From the NCBI GenBank assembly GCA_002269645.1, contig NIVC01000814.1, forward strand, positions 310,001-374,000: a stretch of 64,000 nucleotides of DNA. Reading direction: 5' to 3'. Both the position numbers and the translations under genes were made by a program. How positions within the stretch are numbered: the stretch's first letter is position 1; every line of letters starts with the position of its first letter. The notes beneath the pieces are model-generated. The model made no database searches. It was given only the letters and a program-made list of their open reading frames with translations, and had not been told where the DNA came from. Source of the stretch: Macrostomum lignano. Its lineage: Eukaryota. Positions 53,048 to 64,000 of this stretch are shown piece after piece.

Positions 53048-54556
53048 GTCAAAGCCAGGAGTGTTGGTAGGGTTGTCTTTTTTGCTTTAATATTTAAATG
53101 GACGACAAATTAGCCAAGGAATATTGTAAAATGATCTTTCAAGTTTTCTGAATGGTACCTATCCAAATATTCCAATCATTTAACTGTATAGAGTCTTTAA
53201 AAGTTCATTAGGCTAAATAACGCAGGATTTCCCTAATTTCATTCATTCGAGACAAGAAAAAAGACAATTTTAAAAGATAAATCAACTACAGTTTTGTTTC
53301 TTTGCATCAATCTAATTTTTTTGTTTCGACGCTTTGTTGCATTGAAAATCGATAATGAACTTTTTAACAAAATACATTTGAAGCTATACTTTTAGCTATA
53401 TAGGCATAGCTATGTATAAATGCTTTTTGCTAGAATTAAAAGTAACAAAAATTTGTCAATAACTTTTTTTCGTCTACTAGTATTTTTGAGACCCTATTAC
53501 AGAAACCCAAAATTTTTTTATTGTGATAACTGATTGTCTGCACTCTGTAAAAGGTGATAATAAGTGAAATGGATCATTGCTTTGAAGGAAAATTTCTTGA
53601 AAAATAATTATGTATTGATGATAAAATTAACAGCAGCTGTTGTTGGGTGCAATAAAATTTCAAAAGTGATGGGTTAGCGGGCTCGATGAAATAAATTTGA
53701 AGCTAATAAGGCAAAATTTAAGTACTGTACTTAATTGCTTTACTGTACTGTGTTCTGTACACTATACAGTAAACATACTAAATATAGGATTTTCTTAGCT
53801 AAATTGGGAGGAAATAGCCTCCTAGACCTAAAAAAAAATATCCAACTGCTAGCTTTCCTACGCCAATACTATACGTAGTATACTATACCTAGTTACTATA
53901 TCATACCTGGTTATCTAAAACCTAGACAAAAGTATCATAGCCGTGTAGCGAATGAGCGAAGTAGCAATTTTGTTGTATTAGGAAGTATTGCCAAACACTA
54001 TTGTGTGCTATTGTGACGACTGCCAAACAAAAAATTCGACAAAGCTCTAGCAGATTGGCTTTCTGTGAGCTGATATTAAACCCGGATGGTTATATTCTAG
54101 GAGCTGTCTAATAGCATTGTAGATTACGCAGTGTCAGTGTCAGAGTCCAAGAAATGGAAAACTTGGAAAAACATTCTCACTTGTTGAAAATTTAACTCCC
54201 ACTCAAAAAAGTTGAAAGTGATTATTGCAAGATTTAACTAGCAACACGTAGTTAATGCTTTAGTTGCAATATTAGGAATATTTTATAAGTTTTTTTATTA
54301 CTTTTTAAAGATTAGCCAGTAATTAAAGTGAGCTTTGTGTAGCATGTATTAGTAATATTTGTTTTAGCAAGCAAAGTTTTTGTCTATTTTTAATATTGAA
54401 TGTTTGTCTATATTGGACCGGCCAATGAAGACAATAATATACTCTGCGAATTCAATGCGATATATTTTCATATCAAGAAATAGTTATCTTTTGTGAAACT
54501 TATTACTACTCTATAATCTCCAGTTCTCCACTATATCAAGGAAAGGCGTGAACAAA

Positions 54557-54879
54557 ATGAGCTTTGCTGCTCAGGATGCGGACCAACTGAGCGCAAAAGC
54601 AGATGGTCCATACGATGAGTTTTGTCAGCAAATCTATGAAGCCTTGTTGGCCGGAAATCTCATAAAGATTCGCTCACATATTAGTAGACGCCGCGTTTCA
54701 AAAGAAGAAGGGAAACGCATATTTGAGTCAAATACTATAGCAATCCAATCGAATGTTGGAAACGAGTGTGCGCCTGCTATAGTGATTGCCAGCAAGTATG
54801 GGCACACAAAGATTGTTCATTTTTTAATTAAGGAGTATAATGTGGACCTCAACAAGCCAGGAAATGTCAAGTTTGATGG
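54557..54879 (+). CDS. FEM1B: FEM1B (ankyrin/TPR CRL2 substrate receptor) exon 1
   Basis: ATG at 54557; PAIVIASKYGHTKIVHFLIKEYNVDLNKPGNVKFDG; donor GG|GTATGT. Confidence 0.85.
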
Positions 54880-56099
54880 GTATGTTTTTTACTCTTCGTT
54901 TCATTGTACAGTTAATTATATTGACTAGGCTATTGATTAAATGATATTAGGCCCTAACCCTGTTTCCTTAACTTTTTAAACTGTTAGTGTTATTGTTAGA
55001 GGCCTATTAATGAACTGGGAATCCATTTCCTTCAACTTTAGGCCTAGGCTGAATATCAATAATGAAATTTTTATTGCATCAAGTGCTGAGTTCTAATAGT
55101 CATTGACTCACTACCACAGATCAAATTTAATTTAACTAGGCCTAGCTAGGCCTAGTCCAAGGACAAATTTCATCAAACCAAGTGGTCAATGCCATTTTCT
55201 TATTATTATCTAGTCTAAAAATAAGACCAAAACACTAATGTCCTTTTTTAAACTAGATATTTTCTAGGAATAAATGATTTCTTTTTTTAATTTTAATTTA
55301 TAAATTTCTAAGATTTTTTAGATAAGATCCATAGTATATAGGGCCTATTTTTAGATAATTGAGATTCACTTGAGATCCAAGATTAAAGCTAAGCCTGATT
55401 TGTGATAGACTGTAATTTAGATCATGCTTTGTGCATTCCTAAACAAAAATTGAATAGTTACAAATGAATGCCAAAAAAATTAATGCATGCTTACACTCAA
55501 ATCTGTACCAATATTGCAACAATAATAGGCCCTATGACCTTTTTGCATTGCAACAGTAGTAAATGACTTTTTTTATTAAGTAAAAAACCCTTTTTAGTAG
55601 ATAATTCAGTTGCTTTTTTATCTTTTTTGCCTTTATTATTTTGAGTAGAAAATTGATATGCACAAACATTTGTTAAAATGTTATGTTACTATGTTATGTT
55701 GCTATTAATATGTTATGTTGCTATTTTAAAAAAAATAGAAAGCTTAAAATTTACACTTAAAAATGAACTTTTTAAAATGATTTTTTCCACTTACGAGTAA
55801 TACTAACTCTGTGTGATTCTATAAAGTGCATATTAGGTATATACATATACTTTTTTCTCAAGGGTCTTATATAACAACTATCTATACCAACTTTTATATA
55901 CTTGTAGATGATATATATGCTATATACATGTAATGTTTGGCTTGTATGCTATATGCTAGAGTTTAATAGGCTCTTTATCTGAAAATGGTATCCTAAAAAT
56001 AGTTTTACTTTTGTATGCCATCATGTTTCTGATAACAGATTCATATAGATGTCTAGTCTACTTTTAAAACAAGTATTAATAGAGCTAAGGCAGTATAGA

Positions 56100-56395
56100 C
56101 ATACAGGCGCAACCTCCAAAATTCGGTCGGCCATGCGACTTAGTTTTAACAAAAATGCGACATAGTTTTTGGCCAAAAATGCAACTTACATGTAGAAGAA
56201 CCCTAAAGCAAAATTAACGCAACTTTGGGTAAACAGCAAGAGTAACTATGACTGTCTTATTAAGACAAAATGCCTCGTCAGCTACTTAGTACTACTACTT
56301 GGGTAATTTTTGGGTGGGTATTTTTGTGACTTCCTTGGTTGGCACCAAATTGGTCGGCCGGATCAGCCAACTTGGCTGACTGTTGCGCATGTATG
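56100..56395. mobile_element. 296-bp hAT-type MITE
   Basis: 14-bp TIR CATACAGGCGCAAC / GTTGCGCATGTATG (13/14 match), perfect 8-bp TSD AGTATAGA at 56092-56099 and 56396-56403, and subterminal GGTCGGCC motifs near both ends. Confidence 0.88.
56227..56290 (+). pseudogene. 64-bp degenerate 28S rRNA fragment (helix 69 / R2 and I-PpoI target region)
   Basis: Ungapped by-eye match of 51/64 to the conserved eukaryotic LSU sequence GGGTAAACGGCGGGAGTAACTATGACTCTCTTAAGGTAGCCAAATGCCTCGTCATCTAATTAGT (recalled from memory). Confidence 0.85.
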
Positions 56396-56705
56396 AGTAT
56401 AGACTTGCAAAACACAGATGACTAAAATGTATTATAGACATTGAGTATTCATCCTGCAGAAAGCCAAAAACATCATATTCACCCTCTAAAGTCATTGTTC
56501 CTCTATTAGAAGCAGTTGCTATTTGTTGTAGGTCACATTTATAAGAATTAGGACTGCATCATAGACACTGTCTATCATATTTTGGTTCATGAGATCTTTG
56601 TAGAATTCTATGCCAATATAATCAGTACACTGCCTCCAATGGTAGAAGGGTATCTACCTATATAGAGACTGTGTTAAGAAGAGGACAATATCCATAAGCA
56701 AGATA

Positions 56706-56937
56706 AGTAGTTATATATTTTTATTGTGCATAAAACAATGTCCTGGCCCAATGCTAAATCTTTCATAACTTTTTTTTCACATTTTTTAAAAATCAAGTTT
56801 TTTAACATTTGTTAAATAAAGGTAGTTATATATTTTTATTGTGCATAAAACAAAACAATGTCCTGGCCCAATGCTAAATCTTTCATAACTTTTTTTCACA
56901 TTTTTTAAAAATCAAGTTTTTTAACATTTGTTAAAAA
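56706..56937 (+). repeat. ~115-bp tandem duplication of AT-rich intron sequence
   Basis: GTAGTTATATATTTTTATTGTGCATAAAAC...TTTAACATTTGTTAAA occurs twice in succession. Confidence 0.9.
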
Positions 56938-57415
56938 TGTATAAAGATAAAGCTGCTATTTATTGATTGTTACCTTTGTTAAAATATATTTTTATAAAAA
57001 GTATTGCAGTCAAATGTGGTACTACTTATCTAGTGGCTACCCATGACTACCCACTACCCATGACTTATTGTATGATGCTCATGAAAAGGGGTAGTGGCTA
57101 TTAGGCTCTAATAAAAGCCTGCAAAATGACTGCAATAAGACCAATTTGGCCAAAACCATTCTGTCTAGGCCCAAGATTTGAATTTCATTTAAATTCATTT
57201 TAATTTTTATTAACAAGAACCTAAAAATTTGTGCTAAGTACAACTAGGAAATATGCAAATCTTTATAATATATTACTTTAAGGTGAATACTACTTAGCCT
57301 GTGTCAACTTATTATTTAGTGACAAATTGCTTAGTTTATTTCATACAAACTTTGTATAACCAATCAAATACTTTAATTAACTAGATTACTAGACATTTTC
57401 ATTGTTGTTTTTTAA

Positions 57416-57598
<183 letters not shown>

Positions 57599-57694
57599 TA
57601 AAATATTGAAGCTTCAATAATCAACTAATAGCTTCAATAATCTGCTTTAGACTTTTTAGGCCTAGAGAATGTTTGAACTTGACAATTTATAAAA

Positions 57695-58090
57695 GTCCTA
57701 TCTACCTACCTGCCTGCCTGCCTTGCCTTCCTCACCTATACCTACCTATTTTCTACCTGTCTACCTTAACTACCTACTTACCTATCTATATTACCTACCT
57801 GTCTGTCTACCTACCTCCCTCACCTACTTACCTACCTACCTCACCTATCTACCTCACCTACTTACCTACCTACCTCACCTACCTCCCTCACCTACTTACC
57901 TCCCTTACCTACTTACCTACCTACCTCACCTATATACCTCACCTACCTCCCTCACCTACTTACCTACCTACCTCACCTACCTCCCTCACCTACTTACCTC
58001 CCTTACCTACTTACCTACCTACCTCACCTACCTACCTCACCTACCTACCTCACCTACTTACCTACCTACCTCACCTACCTACCTACCTAC
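57695..58090 (+). repeat. (CCTA/CCTCA)-rich low-complexity repeat ending at the exon 3 acceptor
   Basis: Direct reading. Confidence 0.92.
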
Positions 58091-58099
58091 ATCGCACAG

Positions 58100-58671
58100 G
58101 TGAACAAGACAACAAACTCAAACAGTACACCGCTACGAGCGGCCTGCTTCGATGGCCGACTAGACATAGTTCGCTACCTGGTGCAGCACAAGGCGGACAT
58201 TGAAATACCCAATCGGTATCGAAACAATTGCCTAATGATCTCGGCATTTCGTGGCCACCTTGCCGTAGTGAATTTCCTATTAGAATGCGGCATGAATCCA
58301 AACCAGACTGCCATGGCCAACGCCACCGCATTGCAATTCGCTGCCGAGACTGGCCGAACAGAGATCTGCCGTGCTCTGATCCATCACGGCGCTAAATTGA
58401 GCGTCAACGATAGCGGATTAGATCAATTATTTGTAGCGGCTGAGCACGCTCAAGCTGAGACGGTTATGTACATGGTTCTCGAGCCGAAGCTAGAAATCAC
58501 TAGGCGACATCATATCGAAGCGCTGGAGCTGCTAGGCGCTATGATGCTAAACGACAAAGATCGTTATGATCCTGTTGGCGCCTACCGACTGTTGGTTCAG
58601 GCTCTTCGAATGAGAACCGACCCGGATGCACCGGAGCCTAAGACATCCGCTAAGCCTATTGCCGCTTATCG
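58100..58671 (+). CDS. FEM1B: FEM1B exon 3
   Basis: VNKTTNSNSTPLRAACFDGRLDIVRYLV...IEALELLGA...; donor CG|GTGAGT. Confidence 0.95.
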
Positions 58672-61600
58672 GTGAGTGCGTTAGCAGCGGCCCATTGACT
58701 GTAGGACCCAACTGCTGTCAGTGTGTTAGCAGCGGCCCATTGACTGTAGGACCCAACTGCTGTCAGTGTGTTAGCAGCGGCCCATTGACTGTAGGACCCA
58801 ACTGCTGTCAGTGTGTTAGCAGCGGCCCATTGACTGTAGGACCCAACTGCTGTCAGTGTGTTAGCAGCGGCCCGTTGACTGTAGGACCCAACTGCTATCA
58901 GTGTGTTAGCAGCGGCCCGTTGACTGTAGGACCCAACTGCTGTCAGTGTGTTAGCAGCGGCCCGTTGACTGTAGGACCCAACTGCTGTCAGTGTGTTAGC
59001 AGCGGCCCGTTGACTGTAGGACCCAACTGCTGTCAGTGTGTTAGCAGCGGCCCGTTGACTGTAGGACCCAACTGCTGTCAGTGTGTTAGCAGCGGCCCGT
59101 TGACTGTAGGACCCAACTGCTGTCAGTGTGTTAGCAGCGGCCCGTTGACTGTAGGACCCAACTGCTGTCAGTGTGTTAGCAGCGGCCCGTTGACTGTAGG
59201 ACCCAACTGCTATCAGTGTGTTAGCAGCGGCCCGTTGACTGTAGGACCCAACTGCTGTCAGTGTGTTAGCAGCGGCCCGTTGACTGTAGGACCCAACTGC
59301 TGTCAGTGTGTTAGCAGCGGCCCATTGACTGTAGGACCCAACTGCTGTCAGTGTGTTAGCAGCGGCCCGTTGACTGTAGGACCCAACTGCTGTCAGTGTG
59401 TTAGCAGCGGCCCGTTGACTGTAGGACCCAACTGCTATCAGTGTGTTAGCAGCGGCCCGTTGACTGTAGGACCCAACTGCTGTCAGTGTGTTAGCAGCGG
59501 CCCGTTGACTGTAGGACCCAACTGCTGTCAGTGTGTTAGCAGCGGCCCATTGACTGTAGGACCCAACTGCTGTCAGTGTGTTAGCAGCGGCCCGTTGACT
59601 GTAGGACCCAACTGCTGTCAGTGTGTTAGCAGCGGCCCATTGACTGTAGGACCCAACTGCTGTCAGTGTGTTAGCAGCGGCCCATTGACTGTAGGACCCA
59701 ACTGCTGTCAGTGTGTTAGCAGCGGCCCATTGACTGTAGGACCCAACTGCTGTCAGTGTGTTAGCAGCGGCCCGTTGACTGTAGGACCCAACTGCTGTCA
59801 GTGTGTTAGCAGCGGCCCGTTGACTGTAGGACAAACTGCTGTCAGTGTGTTAGCAGCGGCCCATTGACTGTAGGACCCTACTGCTGTCAGTGTGTTAGCA
59901 GCGGCCCGTTGACTGTAGGACCCAACTGCTGTCAGTGTGTTAGCAGCGGCCCGTTGACTGTAGGACCCAACTGCTGTCAGTGTGTTAGCAGCGGCCCGTT
60001 GACTGTAGGACCCAACTGCTGTCAGTGTGTTAGCAGCGGCCCGTTGACTGTAGGACCCAACTGCTGTCAGTGTGTTAGCAGCGGCCCGTTGACTGTAGGA
60101 CCCAACTGCTGTCAGTGTGTTAGCAGCGGCCCGTTGACTGTAGGACCCAACTGCTGTCAGTGTGTTAGCAGCGGCCCGTTGACTGTAGGACCCAACTGCT
60201 GTCAGTGTGTTAGCAGCGGCCCGTTGACTGTAGGACCCAACTGCTGTCAGTGTGTTAGCAGCGGCCCGTTGACTGTAGGACCCAACTGCTGTCAGTGTGT
60301 TAGCAGCGGCCCATTGACTGTAGGACCCAACTGCTGTCAGTGTGTTAGCAGCGGCCCGTTGACTGTAGGACCCAACTGCTGTCAGTGTGTTAGCAGCGGC
60401 CCGTTGACTGTAGGACCCAACTGCTGTCAGTGTGTTAGCAGCGGCCCGTTGACTGTAGGACCCAACTGCTGTCAGTGTGTTAGCAGCGGCCCGTTGACTG
60501 TAGGACCCAACTGCTGTCAGTGTGTTAGCAGCGGCCCGTTGACTGTAGGACCCAACTGCTGTCAGTGTGTTAGCAGCGGCCCGTTGACTGTAGGACCCAA
60601 CTGCTGTCAGTGTGTTAGCAGCGGCCCGTTGACTGTAGGACCCAACTGCTGTCAGTGTGTTAGCAGCGGCCCGTTGACTGTAGGACCCAACTGCTGTCAG
60701 TGTGTTAGCAGCGGCCCGTTGACTGTAGGACCCAACTGCTGTCAGTGTGTTAGCAGCGGCCCGTTGACTGTAGGACCCAACTGCTGTCAGTGTGTTAGCA
60801 GCGGCCCGTTGACTGTAGGACCCAACTGCTGTCAGTGTGTTAGCAGCGGCCCGTTGACTGTAGGACCCAACTGCTGTCAGTGTGTTAGCAGCGGCCCGTT
60901 GACTGTAGGACCCAACTGCTGTCAGTGTGTTAGCAGCGGCCCGTTGACTGTAGGACCCAACTGCTGTCAGTGTGTTAGCAGCGGCCCGTTGACTGTAGGA
61001 CCCAACTGCTGTCAGTGTGTTAGCAGCGGCCCGTTGACTGTAGGACCCAACTGCTGTCAGTGTGTTAGCAGCGGCCCATTGACTGTAGGACCCAACTGCT
61101 GTCAGTGTGTTAGCAGCGGCCCGTTGACTGTAGGACCCAACTGCTGTCAGTGTGTTAGCAGCGGCCCGTTGACTGTAGGACCCAACTGCTGTCAGTGTGT
61201 TAGCAGCGGCCCGTTGACTGTAGGACCCAACTGCTGTCAGTGTGTTAGCAGCGGCCCGTTGACTGTAGGACCCAACTGCTGTCAGTGTGTTAGCAGCGGC
61301 CCGTTGACTGTAGGACCCAACTGCTGTCAGTGTGTTAGCAGCGGCCCGTTGACTGTAGGACCCAACTGCTGTCAGTGTGTTAGCAGCGGCCCGTTGACTG
61401 TAGGACCCAACTGCTGTCAGTGTGTTAGCAGCGGCCCGTTGACTGTAGGACCCAACTGCTGTCAGTGTGTTAGCAGCGGCCCATTGACTGTAGGACCCAA
61501 CTGCTGTCAGTGTGTTAGCAGCGGCCCATTGACTGTAGGACCCAACTGCTGTCAGTGTGTTAGCAGCGGCCCATTGACTGTAGGACCCAACTGCTGTCAG

Positions 61601-62172
61601 TGTGTTAGCAGCGGCCCGTTGACTGTAGGACAAACTGCTGTCAGTGTGTTAGCAGCGGCCCATTGACTGTAGGACCCTACTGCTGTCAGTGTGTTAGCAG
61701 CGGCCCGTTGACTGTAGGACCCAACTGCTGTCAGTGTGTTAGCAGCGGCCCGTTGACTGTAGGACCCAACTGCTGTCAGTGTGTTAGCAGCGGCCCGTTG
61801 ACTGTAGGACCCAACTGCTGTCAGTGTGTTAGCAGCGGCCCGTTGACTGTAGGACCCAACTGCTGTCAGTGTGTTAGCAGCGGCCCGTTGACTGTAGGAC
61901 CCAACTGCTGTCAGTGTGTTAGCAGCGGCCCGTTGACTGTAGGACCCAACTGCTGTCAGTGTGTTAGCAGCGGCCCGTTGACTGTAGGACCCAACTGCTG
62001 TCAGTGTGTTAGCAGCGGCCCATTGACTGTAGGACCCAACTGCTGTCAGTGTGTTAGCAGCGGCCCGTTGACTGTAGGACCCAACTGCTGTCAGTGTGTT
62101 AGCAGCGGCCCGTTGACTGTAGGACCCAACTGCTATCAGTGTGTTAGCAGCGGCCCGTTGACTGTAGGACCC
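58672..62172 (+). repeat. 45-bp minisatellite GTGTGTTAGCAGCGGCCCGTTGACTGTAGGACCCAACTGCTGTCA (~77 copies) filling FEM1B intron 3
   Basis: Direct reading; bounded by the GT at 58672 and the AG at 62226-62227. Confidence 0.98.
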
Positions 62173-62227
62173 ACTACTATAACTGTCTTAGCATTTATTA
62201 ATTGACTGTCAATTTCATAAATCACAG

Positions 62228-62672
62228 AATGCGCAAAGAATGCGAAACTCTGGCCGAACTAGAAGAGATTCAATACGACTTCGAACTACTGGAATTAGAA
62301 GGCCTAATGATACGCGAACGAGTGCTAGGTCCGCAGTATTGCGACCTCACCGGACCAATCGTGTATCGCGGAGCCGTGTGCGCCGATCTCATGCAGTTCG
62401 ATCGTTGTCTGGAGCTCTGGCTGCACGCCCTCCGATTGCGTCACGGTCAAAATCAGGCTGGCGGTAAAGACCTGCTTAGACTGTCTCAAGTGCTCTCGCA
62501 GATGGTGTCGCTGCGAGCTGAAGTGCCATTTCGCATTGTCTACGAAGTTTTGACTATCAGCTGCGAAGAGTTGCATCGCTGCCGGCTGAGGTGTAAAAAT
62601 CAACGAGAAGAATTGGATGCGTTCAGTCAGGATGTACACACGGTGTTCTACCTGCTGGCTCTGCTGTCTAAG
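62228..62672 (+). CDS. FEM1B: FEM1B exon 4 (gene continues beyond the window)
   Basis: Acceptor atcacAG; EGLMIRERVLG...PIVYRGAVCAD...LWLHALRLR...KDLLRLSQVLSQM; donor AAG|GTGAGA. Confidence 0.93.
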
Positions 62673-62759
62673 GTGAGACTCACTGAGGGGCTGATTCACT
62701 GAAAGATTATGTTATGACCAAAAACATAAACTGGTACATGTAGCTTTGATCTACTTATC

Positions 62760-64000
62760 AACATGAGTAGCTGCTGTAGCTATGACCCACTTGGATGGTC
62801 ATCAATATGAGTAGATGCTGTAGCTATGACCCACTTGGATGGTCATCAACATGAGTAGATGCTGTAGCCATGACCCACTGGAATAGTCATCAACATGAGT
62901 AGATGCTGTAGCTATGACCCACTTGGATGGTCATCAACATGAGTACATGCTGTAGCTATGACCCACTTGGATGGTCATCAACATGAGTAGATGCTGTAGC
63001 CATGACCCACTATAATGGTCATCAAGATAGGTAGCTTTGACCTTGACCCACTATAATGGTCATCAAGATAGGTAGCTATGACCCACTTTAATGGTCATCA
63101 AGATAGGTAGCTATGACCCACTATAATGGTCATCAAGATAGGTAGCTATGACCCACTATAATGGTCATCAAGATAAGTAGCTATGACCCACTATAATGGT
63201 CATCAAGATAGGTAGCCATGACCCACTATAATGGTCATCAAAGATAGGTAGCCATGACCCACTATAATGGTAATCTAAGATAGGTAGCCATGACCCACTA
63301 TAATGGTCATCAAGATAGGTAGCTATGACCCACTATAATGGTCATCAAGATAGGTAGCCATGACCCACTATAATGGTCATCAAGATAGGTAGCCATGACC
63401 CAATATAATGGTCATCAAGATAGGTAGCTATGACCCACTATAATGTTCATCGGTCATCAAGATAGGTAGCCATGACCCACTATAATGGTCATCTAAGATA
63501 AGTAGCTATGACCCACTATAATGGTCATCAAGATAGGTAGCCATGACCCACTATAATGGTCATCAAGATAAGTAGCTATGACCCACTATAATGGTCATCA
63601 AGAGAAGTAGCTATGACCCACTATAATGGTCATCAAGATAGGTAGCCATGACCCAATATAATGGTCATTAAGATAGGTAGCTATGACCCACTATAATGGT
63701 CATCAAGATAGGTAGCCATGACCCAATATAATGGTCATCAAGATAGGTAGCCATGACCCAATATAATGGTCATCAAGATAGGTAGCTATGACCCACTATA
63801 ATGGTCATCAAGATAGGTAGCCATGACCCACTATAATGGTCATCAAGATAGGTAGCCATGACCCACTATAATGGTCATCAAGATAGGTAGCTATGACCCA
63901 CTATAATGGTCATCAAGATAGGTAGCCATGACCCAATATAATGGTCATCAAGATAGGTAGCCATGACCCAATATAATGGTCATCAAGATAGGTAGCTATG
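62760..64000 (+). repeat. 44-bp then 35-bp minisatellite (GTAGCTATGACCCACTATAATGGTCATCAAGATAG)
   Basis: Direct reading; period 44 to about 63000 and 35 thereafter; runs off the window. Confidence 0.95.

Noticed and set aside
58626-62205. Cys-rich 413-611-aa ORFs (CVSSGPLTVGPNCCQ)n and the antisense ORF
   Set aside because: They lie between the FEM1B exon 3 donor and exon 4 acceptor, whose joining restores the conserved FEM1B sequence; a 45-bp repeat artefact.
62760-64000. CRISPR-like appearance of hairpin-containing 35-44-bp repeats (also the 27-, 30- and 45-bp arrays)
   Set aside because: No unique spacers, no cas genes, and a eukaryotic intron context.

Overview
Repeat-rich eukaryotic (animal) genomic DNA. 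GC-rich, poly-Q/A exons, minisatellite-filled introns and a TTAGGG-type tract suggest a free-living flatworm such as Macrostomum; this assignment is inference. Four intron-containing genes can be reconstructed by hand: (1) the 3' end of a TAB2/TAB3-like NZF zinc-finger gene (+); (2) a complete 3-exon MAP1/futsch gene (+, 4395-21211); (3) a 12-exon TTC24-like TPR gene (-, 53047-23859) ending in a CaaX box (CVIM); (4) the 5' part of FEM1B (+, from 54557, running out of the window). Almost all long ORFs in the supplied track outside these genes are translations of tandem repeats and were rejected. The main accessory feature is a family of non-autonomous Helitrons: one solo copy (10447-13254) and a 20.1-kb head-to-tail stack of five non-identical units (27760-47863) inside one intron. 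Each unit carries a tRNA-Ser(GCT)-like Pol III cassette and internal minisatellite arrays that differ between units. Also notable are a 296-bp hAT-type MITE with perfect 8-bp TSDs carrying a 28S rRNA fragment centred on the R2/I-PpoI target site, inverted AP-1-motif-rich satellite arms in the MAP1 intron, and a tRNA-derived SINE. All homology calls are by eye from remembered family motifs; no database searches were run.
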